NCBI GenBank assembly: GCA_964536615.1
Contig: CAZHYG010000002.1
Location: forward strand, 45,000 to 108,999
From: an uncultured Gammaproteobacteria bacterium
GTDB taxonomy: Bacteria; Patescibacteriota; Patescibacteriia; Magasanikbacterales; GWA2-37-8
DNA: 64,000 nucleotides
Direction: 5' to 3'
Part shown: positions 39,979 through 51,592 of the stretch, piece after piece
How positions within the stretch are numbered: position 1 is the stretch's first letter
How the letters are laid out: the number at the start of each line of letters is the position of its first letter
Translations under genes and position numbers: made by a program
Notes under the pieces: model-generated
The model's database searches: none
The model's input: the letters and a program-made list of their open reading frames with translations, nothing else
What the model was told of the DNA's origin: nothing

Positions 39979-41191
39979 ATAATTGATTGTTAGAGAAAAC
40001 TTTTTTCATACGAAATACAGTGAGCGCCAATACTGCTGATAACAACACCATTACATACGGCAAAACCGTGCTTTTGCCCACCATCCAAGCCGCCACTGGC
40101 AAAAAAGGAACTTCCATAATATGGCGTACAAAATTAGCTAAAGACAGCGTAGTGGCTCTGTTGTACGAACGAAACTGCTGGTTGAACAGATGCGAAAAAA
40201 ACGGATCGCGCAAAGCACTGCTCGCCATCATCAGAATATAGCTAGCAAATATTATATATTTATTTGGATAAAAAAACCATGCAACCAGAAACAAAGCAAC
40301 GGCACCGCCGGTAACCCCATTCAAAATATTAATTTTAGATTCGGCTGTATTTTTAAACAAAATTTTATCACCCAAACGATTGCCTGCAAAAACGACTAAA
40401 TGATGCATACTCCACAAAAAACCAAATATAATTACAGGTATGCGCAACGAATCAACAAATAAAACAGCTGCATACCGCCAACAAGCCGCAGCGGTAACCA
40501 CAACCATCATCTTATTAAAGATGGTCCATAATAAATTTTTATCATGAACCAATATGCGATACGCGTCTTTAATAATACCCGCCTCTTGCTGCTCCACATC
40601 CATATAATGATTTGGTTCAACCAAAGTAAAAGCATAAAATATAGCTATAATTGATGCTACCACATCCACTAAAATAATAAGCGAAAACTGCCAAGAAGCA
40701 AGATCTTTGGCAATTATGGCGCCTAAAAAGGCAGAAAAAATTTTAAACACCCTTTCCGAAGAAAAATAATAAGCTAGTTTTTTAAACGACTGATTATGAT
40801 CACCCAGCTCTTTATTTGTGTCAAATACAAAGGCTTCATCCGTACCGCTCATGAAAGATTCTGCCAAAGCAAAAAATATCGCTCCGACTGCAAACATGGC
40901 AAACGAGTCGGCTATCAAGTACACGGCCCAGTGCAACAGCGCAAAACATGTTGCCATAATTATCGTTCGCTTACGGCCAAATTTATCTGCCAAATAACTG
41001 GATGGCACCTCACTGGCAATAACCGTAACGGAATAGATAATGCCCAGATAAAAAATATCGGCAATACGCAAGCTGCGATATACAAAAAACAAAGAAATGA
41101 TCACGTTGATCATTTTTAAATTAAGAAGCGAGTTGATGAAAAATATTTTAAAAAAGTTTTTTTCTAATTTCTTTTTTCTATCGTCAGACAT
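39959..41191 (-). CDS. MFS transporter
   Basis: EVPS.YLADKFGRK (motif A), SGTDEA, about 12 TM helices. Confidence 0.85.
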   Translation of the reverse strand: MSDDRKKKLEKNFFKIFFINSLLNLKMINVIISLFFVYRSLRIADIFYLGIIYSVTVIASEVPSSYLADKFGRKRTIIMATCFALLHWAVYLIADSFAMFAVGAIFFALAESFMSGTDEAFVFDTNKELGDHNQSFKKLAYYFSSERVFKIFSAFLGAIIAKDLASWQFSLIILVDVVASIIAIFYAFTLVEPNHYMDVEQQEAGIIKDAYRILVHDKNLLWTIFNKMMVVVTAAACWRYAAVLFVDSLRIPVIIFGFLWSMHHLVVFAGNRLGDKILFKNTAESKINILNGVTGGAVALFLVAWFFYPNKYIIFASYILMMASSALRDPFFSHLFNQQFRSYNRATTLSLANFVRHIMEVPFLPVAAWMVGKSTVLPYVMVLLSAVLALTVFRMKKVFSNNQLYATPAV

Positions 41192-41200
41192 ATATGTTTT

Positions 41201-42367
41201 TTACTCCTTTTCTAGCCCCGCCTCGCCATACCTGTTAGCCGCATTCCACAACACCCACCCATCAGCACCCGCATCATCGGATGCTTGAATTTGCGCACGA
41301 ATCTTTTTTCCATCATAGACTGCCCCCAAGTTAAAGGCTTGTATCCAGGCGCGCAATTTTGCCTTTTTGCCTTCAGCTTGTTTTACACCTGCTTTCATTG
41401 CGTTGTACACCACTTCATATGGATAATTGGCCGGATTTTTATACCCACGGTAACCGGTCGGATAATGTGAAGGATATACCATTGGCATAACATAATCAAA
41501 ATGATCAACCGCATCTGCCAAGCGCTGTCCAATGTGCAAGTCATCCGATCCTTTTTTCTCTGTAGTTAAGCCAAATAAATCAGCTGAAATATATACAGGC
41601 TCATCCTGCATCTGTTCTTCAACATACGAAAAAAAATCTCCAATTACTTCATACCGAGTCTGCGCGCCGTTGCTGTACACAATATCTGACAAACTGCCGT
41701 CAGTTGGAAAACGAATATAGTCAAAATTAATTTCATCAAACCCAAGATCTGCAGCCTCTTTGGCGACCGACACAACATGTTTCCACACTTCTGGGTTAGA
41801 TGGATCTACCCAAGCCAACTTGTTTCTATCTCTCCATAAACCGCCTTTTTTTGACTGTATTGCCCACTCTGGTTTTTTTACTGCCAATAACGGATCTTGA
41901 AAAACACTAACACGAGCAATTGTGTATATGTTATGTTCGCGCAACATCTTAAGCGTATCCCCTATGTTTTTAATTCTCTTATCACGCAATCCAAGCTTTT
42001 CAGCTAATGGCAATTTTGAATCATACAGGATATACCCGCTATAATCTTTAACATCAATTACAATCGCGTTGAGTTCTGTTTTTTCAATCAAATCAATAAT
42101 CTGCGTTAATTTTTTACTACTTCCCGCCGAATACGCGGTTAAGTACAGCCCTTTTACTTTAATTGGTTCGGCTTTAAAGCGCGAGATTTCCGGTACTGGC
42201 TCTGGAATAATTATCTGGCTAAATAAATCTGAGGCAGCCAAACCATCTATTTCCGCGCTAACCACTTCGTACTGGGCAAAACAAAACACTACCGAAAATA
42301 AACAGCACGAGGAAATTATAATCCAAGAAAAAACTGCGCTGATTTTTTTGGAAAAAAAATTAAACAT
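41201..42367 (-). CDS. Putative glycoside hydrolase (DUF4015)
   Basis: KGLYLT, ELNAIVIDVKD..G, IARV.VFQD, GFDEINFDYIRFP, PMVYPSHY, W..WN. Confidence 0.85.
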   Translation of the reverse strand: MFNFFSKKISAVFSWIIISSCCLFSVVFCFAQYEVVSAEIDGLAASDLFSQIIIPEPVPEISRFKAEPIKVKGLYLTAYSAGSSKKLTQIIDLIEKTELNAIVIDVKDYSGYILYDSKLPLAEKLGLRDKRIKNIGDTLKMLREHNIYTIARVSVFQDPLLAVKKPEWAIQSKKGGLWRDRNKLAWVDPSNPEVWKHVVSVAKEAADLGFDEINFDYIRFPTDGSLSDIVYSNGAQTRYEVIGDFFSYVEEQMQDEPVYISADLFGLTTEKKGSDDLHIGQRLADAVDHFDYVMPMVYPSHYPTGYRGYKNPANYPYEVVYNAMKAGVKQAEGKKAKLRAWIQAFNLGAVYDGKKIRAQIQASDDAGADGWVLWNAANRYGEAGLEKE

Positions 42368-42965
42368 CGGTTATAGTTACGGCGCCTTGCCTAATAATAT
42401 TAATAGTATCATGACTTGCATCAACAATGGTAGTCGGCAAATTGCGAGCAATTTCTCCAACACTGAGCAGCATATCAGGTTGATGCGCAGCCCCGGCAAA
42501 CATTTGCATAACTTGATCGGCGCTATATAAGTCTCCCTTAGATGAAATATTGCCGGAGGTAGCTACCACCGGCTTACCAATACTATCAACCAAAAATTGC
42601 ACTGTCTGATCGGCGCTCACGCGAACTGCCACAGTGCCTGATTTTGAAACTACGCCGCGCGCCAAACCGCAATCCGGCTGCGCATTTCCCACAATTGTAA
42701 GAGGGCCGGGCCAAAACATCTGAGATAATTTTTCTATGGTATTGTTCCAGACAAGAATTTTTTTTGCCATTTCTACTGCAGAAACAACCACTAACAACGG
42801 TTTATTCTCATCTCTTTGCTTAATGGTAAAAATCGCATCAACCGCAGATTGATTACTGGCATCGCACCCCAAACCATATGATGTTTCAGTTGGGTATATA
42901 AGTGTTTTGCCATCTTTTAATCCAACAATAACTTCTGATAAATTACACATGCGTAATACTTCCAT
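42360..42965 (-). CDS. tsaC: Threonylcarbamoyl-AMP synthase (Sua5/YrdC)
   Basis: YPTETSYGLG, K.R...KPL, WPGPLT, ATSGNIS, PTTIVD, IRQG. Confidence 0.9.
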   Translation of the reverse strand: MEVLRMCNLSEVIVGLKDGKTLIYPTETSYGLGCDASNQSAVDAIFTIKQRDENKPLLVVVSAVEMAKKILVWNNTIEKLSQMFWPGPLTIVGNAQPDCGLARGVVSKSGTVAVRVSADQTVQFLVDSIGKPVVATSGNISSKGDLYSADQVMQMFAGAAHQPDMLLSVGEIARNLPTTIVDASHDTINIIRQGAVTITDV

Positions 42966-42968
42966 ATA

Positions 42969-44045
42969 TTATTTTTTAATCCATTTTAAATACGCTTCCG
43001 ATAACGGCCGCAGATCACCCTCTAAAACCGCTTCCGGGTCAGCAGATTCATAATCGGTACGATTGTCTTTAACCAGATGATATGGGTGCAGCACATAGGA
43101 ACGAATCTGATTTCCCCATTCGGCTGATTTGTATTCTCCGCGCATCTCTTGGCGCTCTTTGGCCAAACGCTCTTGCTCCAGCGCGTGCAATTTTGCTTTT
43201 AAAATTTTAAATGCCATTTCTTTATTTTGCTGTTGCGAGCGCTCATTTTGGCACGAAACCGAAATGCCGGTCGGAAGATGCACAATACGCACTGCTGAAT
43301 AGGTAGTGTTTACACTTTGACCGCCTTTACCGCCAGACATAAACGTGTCTATGCGAAGATCTTTCTGATCTATTTCAACCGCAACTTTATCATCTAGTTC
43401 CGGCAAAACTTCAATGAGGGCAAATGATGTGTGGCGCATTTTTTCCGCATCAAACGGAGATATGCGCACCAGGCGATGTACGCCATGCTCGGATTTTAAA
43501 TAACCATACGCATAACGCCCCGAGACTTCAACTGTTACCGATTTATACCCTGCCTCTGCCCCCAAAGACTGATCTAGAATTTTTGTCCGCCACCCCATTT
43601 TATCAGCAAAGCGCATAATCATACGCAACAGCATCTCCGCCCAGTCTTGGGCTTCGGTTCCCCCCGCACCAGCATGGACACTAATGATTGCATTATTCTT
43701 ATCATACGGCCCGGAAAGCAAAACCAAAAATTCATAATCGGAAAAATCTTTTTCCAACACCGCAGTTTGCTCCTCTATTTCTTGCACCAACGACATATCA
43801 TTGGACTGGGCTAATTCCAATAAGTCGGCAATTCTTTTTTCTAAGCCAACAAACGCATCTATTTCTTTTTTTATATCTTGATAATCTTGCGAAATTGATT
43901 GGGCAAGCTCTTGATTTGACCAAAAACTAGGCGCATTCATTTCTTGCGCCAACTGATCAAGCTTTTGCAGCAACCCTTCTATATTAAGAAGTTTTTTAGT
44001 ATCTAAAAGTTTATGCTGTAAATTTTTCAGAGCATCTAAAGACAT
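42969..44045 (-). CDS. prfB: Peptide chain release factor 2, no internal frameshift
   Basis: GAGGTEAQDW, RISPFD (SPF), GGQ, WGNQIRSYV; continuous 358-aa ORF. Confidence 0.95.
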   Translation of the reverse strand: MSLDALKNLQHKLLDTKKLLNIEGLLQKLDQLAQEMNAPSFWSNQELAQSISQDYQDIKKEIDAFVGLEKRIADLLELAQSNDMSLVQEIEEQTAVLEKDFSDYEFLVLLSGPYDKNNAIISVHAGAGGTEAQDWAEMLLRMIMRFADKMGWRTKILDQSLGAEAGYKSVTVEVSGRYAYGYLKSEHGVHRLVRISPFDAEKMRHTSFALIEVLPELDDKVAVEIDQKDLRIDTFMSGGKGGQSVNTTYSAVRIVHLPTGISVSCQNERSQQQNKEMAFKILKAKLHALEQERLAKERQEMRGEYKSAEWGNQIRSYVLHPYHLVKDNRTDYESADPEAVLEGDLRPLSEAYLKWIKK

Positions 44046-44060
44046 ATCTGAATTTTAAAT

Positions 44061-44552
44061 TCAAAAAATTTTACCAGCACCAACTGTAAGCAATAGCACT
44101 GCTGCGCCTGAAATAATTACTCCAGCCAAAATAGAAAACCATGACTTTGCAAATGGCAATGCAAAAATGAATGCGGCTAAAGCACCGGTCCAAGCACCGG
44201 TCATAGGCAACGGAATGCCTACAAAAATAGCAAGACCTATAAGACCGTATTTTTGATAATCACCGGCAAATTTACTTTGGGCCCTGTCTAAATATTTAAT
44301 CCATGTGGATGCAAACCGTCCAGATTTTTTATGAATCCACTGATGAAAATGCTTGGCAAAAGCCAAAATAATTGTTACAGGAACCATGTTGCCCATCACA
44401 CCCCAAAAAAATGCTTCCCAAATAGGAAGTTTATATACAAAAACAGCAATCGGAACTGCCAACCGAATTTCTCCAACCGGAGTCATGCCGATTAAAAAAG
44501 TAGCGAGCTCGCGAGGAAAACTGGAAAAAATATCAAGTATAACTTGCATCAT
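44061..44552 (-). CDS. COG2426 small multidrug export-like membrane protein
   Basis: P..E.R.A.P, FVGIPLPMTGAWTG. Confidence 0.85.
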   Translation of the reverse strand: MMQVILDIFSSFPRELATFLIGMTPVGEIRLAVPIAVFVYKLPIWEAFFWGVMGNMVPVTIILAFAKHFHQWIHKKSGRFASTWIKYLDRAQSKFAGDYQKYGLIGLAIFVGIPLPMTGAWTGALAAFIFALPFAKSWFSILAGVIISGAAVLLLTVGAGKIF

Positions 44553-44592
44553 AGCAAATTCATTTTACTCCGTATTCAATTTTTTTACAAAT

Positions 44593-44624
44593 AAAAAGCG
44601 CCCGGGTAAACCGAAGCGCTTTTT
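44593..44624 (-). terminator. Terminator after groEL
   Basis: AAAAAGCGC...GCGCTTTTT hairpin. Confidence 0.65.
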
Positions 44625-44645
44625 ACTTTAAATTGATATCGCTTT

Positions 44646-46301
<1,656 letters not shown>

Positions 46302-46328
46302 TCAAGAAATTATATACATTAAATTTTC

Positions 46329-46613
46329 TTATTCCAACACAGCCAAAATATCTTCTTGGAAAACAACTTTATATTCTTCTTTTCCAATTTCCACTTTTTC
46401 TCCACCCCAATTTTTTAATAACACTTTGTCGCCAACTTTTACTTCCATAGCGCCGCGTTCACCATTCTTTAACAGCTTACCTGGGCCTATGGCAACAACT
46501 TCAGCTTCGGCTTTTTTTTCATCCTTATCTGGCAAAACCAAACCAAATGAAGTAACTTCATCAGCCTTCACTTGTTTTACCAAAACATTATCTCCTAATG
46601 GTCTTATCTTCAT
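46329..46613 (-). CDS. groS: Co-chaperonin GroES
   Basis: IRPLGD.V, V.A.GPG, VKVGDKV, DILAV. Confidence 0.97.
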   Translation of the reverse strand: MKIRPLGDNVLVKQVKADEVTSFGLVLPDKDEKKAEAEVVAIGPGKLLKNGERGAMEVKVGDKVLLKNWGGEKVEIGKEEYKVVFQEDILAVLE

Positions 46614-46689
46614 ATAAACATTGAAGTAAGAGATTATGCTAAATGGTGTTAGCGTAATCTAAATTGAGTAATAAAATATATTAATATGC

Positions 46690-46716
46690 TTATCACTCAA
46701 AATATGAGAGTGATAA
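46690..46716. promoter_or_regulatory. CIRCE-like operator (HrcA), variant
   Basis: TTATCACTC-N9-GAGTGATAA versus canonical TTAGCACTC-N9-GAGTGCTAA, between the promoter and groES. Confidence 0.8.
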
Positions 46717-46726
46717 GACTGGTATC

Positions 46727-46754
46727 AGTTTACTACAACAAAAAAATCTGTCAA
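46727..46754 (-). promoter_or_regulatory. groESL promoter
   Basis: Minus strand TTGACA-N16-TAAACT, directly upstream of CIRCE. Confidence 0.6.
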
Positions 46755-46781
46755 CCCTTAATTACAGGCATGTATAGATAT

Positions 46782-48080
46782 CTATCTAGAATATGGTTTT
46801 TTAGCTATATCTTGGGCAATATTTGAAATTCCTAAACCAACCCACCACAAAAGTATGCCACTAAACATGCTTACCAGCCAATGATCAAAAAGCCCGGCAC
46901 ACAACAATGAAATAAGCACAGGCAGGTACATTATATTAAACCGATACACATCTCGCACAACCAATAATAGCCACAACATAAACAGAAGAGCTGCTACCAA
47001 GCCAAGCTCTGTCGCCATCAGCATATATATATTATGCACGGGCTGATATTGCCACGATTCTAACTTGTTATATTTTTGATACACGGCATACGTATATGCA
47101 CCAGGACCAACTCCCAGCCATGGATGAGCAGCCACAAACAGCTCGGCATCACGATACTGCCCCGCTCTTTCAGCTACCGATCGTGCCTCAAGCCGGTTAT
47201 AAATATTAAAACGAGCGCTAAATACCGGATAAAAAATTAACACCCAAAATAGTATCACGCCTAAAGAAAAAAATATTTGTTTAACAAAATCTCGCACCGA
47301 CTCTTTTTGCTTAAAAAATAATATTGCGGCCAAAGATATAAGACCGGCCACAGCCGCAACCCAAGCTCCTCGAGAAAAAGAAAGCAGCAATCCTGATAAA
47401 ACAAACAGCTGGCCTACGCTTATAATAATTTTATGCCATGGTATTGTGGTCTTAACATATAACACAAGAGTTAATATAAATACCACCGCCAAATAAATAC
47501 CGAGCGAATTGGGCGAACCAAAACTGCCATACGCACGCAGCCAGCGCTGATCGGCAAACTCTATCACGCTAGCCCCGCCATTTAATGCTTGCTGCGATGC
47601 TATGCCTAGCCAACTATGCGCGGAAATCTGCTGTGATAAAAACTGATATATAGCCATTGCCCCCTGCACCACACCGCCAGCCAGCATCACTCCAGAAGCA
47701 GATGAAAAAGCGATGTTAGAAACACGAATGATTCCATACAGCATCAGGCCTTCCCATAATCGCAGCAAGAAATAATACGAAACAAACTGATTGCTACTCA
47801 AAACTGCAGATAGGACTACCAATCCAAAAAAAATAAACAATGCGATTTTTAATCGTGCATTCAGAGCCGGTAACCGCTGTTTTTTAATCCAAAAATAATC
47901 AATCGCAAAAACTATAGCCGCGAACCACAATAACAACTCGGTCACATACACGCTATATGTTCCATACTCCCAATTTCTATTATTAAGGGCGCCGAGATGC
48001 CAAATATACCTGGTTTGCCAGGGTAATAAAAACAATAACGCAGGCAGTGAAATAGATTTTATTTTTTCTATTATATTCAT
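46782..48080 (-). CDS. O-antigen ligase (Wzy_C) family protein
   Basis: RAYGSFGSPN.LG, SFSRGAW, PWLGVG.G.Y, PVHNIY, LFDH; ATGA overlap with the upstream gene. Confidence 0.85.
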   Translation of the reverse strand: MNIIEKIKSISLPALLFLLPWQTRYIWHLGALNNRNWEYGTYSVYVTELLLWFAAIVFAIDYFWIKKQRLPALNARLKIALFIFFGLVVLSAVLSSNQFVSYYFLLRLWEGLMLYGIIRVSNIAFSSASGVMLAGGVVQGAMAIYQFLSQQISAHSWLGIASQQALNGGASVIEFADQRWLRAYGSFGSPNSLGIYLAVVFILTLVLYVKTTIPWHKIIISVGQLFVLSGLLLSFSRGAWVAAVAGLISLAAILFFKQKESVRDFVKQIFFSLGVILFWVLIFYPVFSARFNIYNRLEARSVAERAGQYRDAELFVAAHPWLGVGPGAYTYAVYQKYNKLESWQYQPVHNIYMLMATELGLVAALLFMLWLLLVVRDVYRFNIMYLPVLISLLCAGLFDHWLVSMFSGILLWWVGLGISNIAQDIAKKPYSR

Positions 48081-49015
48081 AAACGATTGAGCCACTCTTG
48101 CCGATAGCGCAGACGAGTATCTTCTTCGTGGAATTTTAACATATCGTCGGAAATAACTACACCGGCACCGGTCTTAGGCTCGCTGCGGCGCGCTGAAAAC
48201 TTCATTTTGGAAAGCTGGATTTTTTTTGCTTCTTGATTTATCAAATCACCATATCCGCCAGCCCACATTGTTTGCCAGGCTCGCTTCCACCACGAACCCA
48301 GCACAGACTCCGGCACGGAGTGCGCATAGGCGCGCAAGCTAGCTGCGGATATATGTGGCAAATATTTTTTTGTCCAACTATTTGCTTGTAAAAATAACTC
48401 GTACACATTATCGGGATCAAAAATCGGCAGCATTTGATGAATCCAAAACGCAAAATGGATATCATCATCCGCCACGCGCACTTCCGCCAAATCCAAACTT
48501 TTTTCCGACAAATAAAAGCTAAGGCAAATTTTATTTTTAATATTTTTTTTCGTCCGCCGCAAACCAAATATTTGCAGTATTCCCGTAACCAGCAAACGAG
48601 CAATCCAGATGCGCCGGTGTGCGGTAATAATCAAAAAATCTACATCGCTTTGCTCGCTCGCCTGCCCTGCCCCGACCGTATTACAAACAAAAACTGCTTT
48701 TACAAACGGCACCGCGCGAATCAATCGCGCCGCCCGCCTGGCAATCTTTAATTTTTTTTCAGAAAACCAAACCATTTCTCTGCGCTGATCTACCAATGCT
48801 TCCCTGCCAGGCAAAAAATAAAAACCGCGATCTTGCGCCACCAGTCCGGCTGGCACTGCTTCACCTTCCAAAAATAAAACAAAATCCTGATATTTTACTT
48901 GGAGCGGATTCCATAAATACGCGTACAGCTCTTCTTTGGTAAGCGGAACGCGCGCAATATCAAAATACACCAGTGTCTGTTTAAGAGATTCTGGCAATGA
49001 CAAAGCGGAGTTCAT
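48077..49015 (-). CDS. Nucleotidyltransferase-domain protein (Pol-beta-like)
   Basis: PFVK.V.VCNT......SDVDFLII...R.W..R, KICLSFY, LKFH..D.R. Confidence 0.6.
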   Translation of the reverse strand: MNSALSLPESLKQTLVYFDIARVPLTKEELYAYLWNPLQVKYQDFVLFLEGEAVPAGLVAQDRGFYFLPGREALVDQRREMVWFSEKKLKIARRAARLIRAVPFVKAVFVCNTVGAGQASEQSDVDFLIITAHRRIWIARLLVTGILQIFGLRRTKKNIKNKICLSFYLSEKSLDLAEVRVADDDIHFAFWIHQMLPIFDPDNVYELFLQANSWTKKYLPHISAASLRAYAHSVPESVLGSWWKRAWQTMWAGGYGDLINQEAKKIQLSKMKFSARRSEPKTGAGVVISDDMLKFHEEDTRLRYRQEWLNRL

Positions 49016-49020
49016 ACGAA

Positions 49021-49293
49021 TTATTCTTCTAAGGCCGGACGACCAAATATAGAAATGCGTTCGGCGGAGACTGAGTCGTCTACAACCATTTTTTCTTCGG
49101 TAATAGATACAACTTGTGAATATTGCACTAGAAAAGATGCCAGACTTATGGCGCTTGCTTTAACAATATATCGTGCCACCAGGTGTTTTTCCGCATCAAT
49201 TTCAGCGTCGGCAACTTTTCCCAGCTTAACGCCTGCGGCGGTATAAACCGGCAAACCAATCAGTTTACGAAGGTTTATGACCATAAAATGCAA
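49021..49293 (-). CDS. PRC-barrel domain protein
   Basis: LIGLPVYT..G..LGKV.D.EID; start may be at 49284. Confidence 0.8.
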   Translation of the reverse strand: MHFMVINLRKLIGLPVYTAAGVKLGKVADAEIDAEKHLVARYIVKASAISLASFLVQYSQVVSITEEKMVVDDSVSAERISIFGRPALEE

Positions 49294-49297
49294 ATTA

Positions 49298-50053
49298 TTA
49301 TTTTACAATTTGACCTTCTATAACATTATTATTTTCACTTACAGTTCCGCGAGTCAGCCAGATTTGCTGCAGCACCATAAGCACCGTACCGAAGAACCAG
49401 TACAATGTAAGACCAGCAGGTAAATTCAAGCCAATTAGCACAGTCATTACCGGCATAAAATACAGCATTTGTTTGTTCATCATGGAAAGCATTGCTTCAT
49501 CTTTTGAACCTTCACCTGCCTGTGGAGGAGGATTTTTTCGGCTCATGGTTTTTGCTTGCCAGAACTGCGCCAAACCTGCTAGTACTGCGAGAATATAATT
49601 TGGTTGGGCCAAATTGAACAGTCCAAGCGATACCTGGTTGATTGATTCTGGATTAGCCACAAATGAATACAAAGAATCGGCTAAATTTTTTGAATGTAGA
49701 CCGTCTTGCAAAACTCTATACAGCGCAATCAAAATTGGCAGCTGAATAAGCATTGGCAAACAAGAAGCTAACGGGTTTACTTTGTTATTTTTATACATTT
49801 CCATAATAGCCTGTGTCTGTTTTTGCTTATCATCCGGGTACTGTAATTTGATTGCAGCCATCTTTGGCTGCAAATCTTGCAAGGCACGTTGAGATTTTAT
49901 GGAAGAGCTAGTAAGCGGATACAAAGCCGCGCGCACAATAATGGTTATAGCCAAAATTACCAAACCGACATCATGGCCTGGCAAATAATTGTACAAAAAT
50001 ACAAAGATGTTAAAGATTGGCTGGTACAGCAAAACATGAAAAATAGAGAACAT
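49298..50053 (-). CDS. yidC: Membrane protein insertase YidC/Oxa1 (short form)
   Basis: TIIVR..LYPL, LQPK, NPLASCLP.LIQLPI, PAGL.LYW. Confidence 0.92.
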   Translation of the reverse strand: MFSIFHVLLYQPIFNIFVFLYNYLPGHDVGLVILAITIIVRAALYPLTSSSIKSQRALQDLQPKMAAIKLQYPDDKQKQTQAIMEMYKNNKVNPLASCLPMLIQLPILIALYRVLQDGLHSKNLADSLYSFVANPESINQVSLGLFNLAQPNYILAVLAGLAQFWQAKTMSRKNPPPQAGEGSKDEAMLSMMNKQMLYFMPVMTVLIGLNLPAGLTLYWFFGTVLMVLQQIWLTRGTVSENNNVIEGQIVK

Positions 50054-50086
50054 ACAAAATTTTATTTATATAAATACCTCTGACGA

Positions 50087-51319
50087 TTATTTTTCTTCGT
50101 TTTCTTCTGTTTCTTCTACGGCTTCGACAGCTTCTTCGGATGATTCTACTGTTTCTGCTTCAGACTCTGCGGCTGCTGGAGCGCCACCTTCTTGCACTAC
50201 ATCAATACGCCAACCAGTGAGATCTGCAGCCAAACGAACATTTTGCCCATTACGGCCAATAGCTAACGAGAATTGATCTGCAACCACATGCACTTCGGCG
50301 ATTTTTTCGGCTTCATTGAGAGTTACGTTGGCAATTTTTGCTGGAGCAAGCGCGTGTGAAATATATTCGCGTGCATCTTCACTATATTGAATAACATCAA
50401 TCTTTTCACCGCCCAATTCTTCAATAATGGTGTTGATGCGGCCGCCGCGCTGACCAATACAAGAACCGATTGGGTCTATAGATTTATCACTGGTAGAAAC
50501 CGCCACTTTGGAACGAAAACCTGCGTCGCGAGCAATGCCTTTGATTTCAATGAGTCCGTCATTGATTTCTGGAATTTCTTGTTTAAATATTTCACGAACC
50601 ATACCAACATCACTGCGAGATAAGAGCACCTCTAAACCACGCACTGTCATCTGTACGGACAGAACTAAAAATTTCATGCGAGCGCCTGGGCGATAATGAT
50701 CGCGAGGATTTTGCTGATCCGACAGCAATACACCAGTTACCTTTCCAAAATCAACCAACACTTTGCGGGCTTCAGCTCGCTGAATAGTACCCATAACAAT
50801 TTGCCCTTCCTGTCCTTTGAAGTCATTAAACATGATACCACGCTCAGCTTCACGAATTTTTTGGATAATCACTTGCTTGGCGGTCTGCGCTGCCATACGA
50901 CCAAACTCATGAGGAATTTCCAACGGAATCTCCATCACTTCTCCTAGTTTTGCTTTTTTATCTATTTCTTTGGCAGCCGAAATCATGAGCTCCATTTTTG
51001 GATTGAAACGAACCAGGTCGGCGGTTTCTTCTTCAGAAAGTTCACGCTTTTCTTCTTTAGCTTTTTCACGGCGAGCAGCCAATTCTTCTTGCGCAGCCAG
51101 CAGCACATCTTCGGCAATATCTTCTACTACGGTTTTTACATCCCAAGCTTTCATATCGCCGGTTTCGGGATTAAATTGTACTTTGATATTTTGCTGTTTA
51201 TTGCCAAAATCTTTGCGGTACGCGGCGGCAAGCGCAAACTCAATCGCTTCCATTACGGATTCGTAAGAAAGGCCTTTTTCATCGCACAATACCTGAATTG
51301 CTTTTGTAATATCTGACAT
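50087..51319 (-). CDS. nusA: Transcription factor NusA
   Basis: FGRMAAQTAKQVI.Q, ARDAG.RSKVAV, DPIGSCIG.RG, SLAIGRNGQNVRLA. Confidence 0.97.
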   Translation of the reverse strand: MSDITKAIQVLCDEKGLSYESVMEAIEFALAAAYRKDFGNKQQNIKVQFNPETGDMKAWDVKTVVEDIAEDVLLAAQEELAARREKAKEEKRELSEEETADLVRFNPKMELMISAAKEIDKKAKLGEVMEIPLEIPHEFGRMAAQTAKQVIIQKIREAERGIMFNDFKGQEGQIVMGTIQRAEARKVLVDFGKVTGVLLSDQQNPRDHYRPGARMKFLVLSVQMTVRGLEVLLSRSDVGMVREIFKQEIPEINDGLIEIKGIARDAGFRSKVAVSTSDKSIDPIGSCIGQRGGRINTIIEELGGEKIDVIQYSEDAREYISHALAPAKIANVTLNEAEKIAEVHVVADQFSLAIGRNGQNVRLAADLTGWRIDVVQEGGAPAAAESEAETVESSEEAVEAVEETEENEEK

Positions 51320-51592
51320 ATGTTATATATGATTAATGTGTTAAAAGTATACCATAAAAATGGCTAACAAAAAAGAGCGTTTCTATATGAAAGCTCTTTA
51401 ATATTAAAAGGATACTATATTTCAAAATAAAAGTCAAGCAATACTTAAATAAAATACCATGCATTGTTCTGTATGGTATTTAAAAATTTTTTACGAGATC
51501 TCCGTATCAAACCATACAAATGAATTATACAGCTTAATACAACACGGAGACCTCGTCATCTTTCTTACACCTACCCCTACTGCTAGTTCGGA

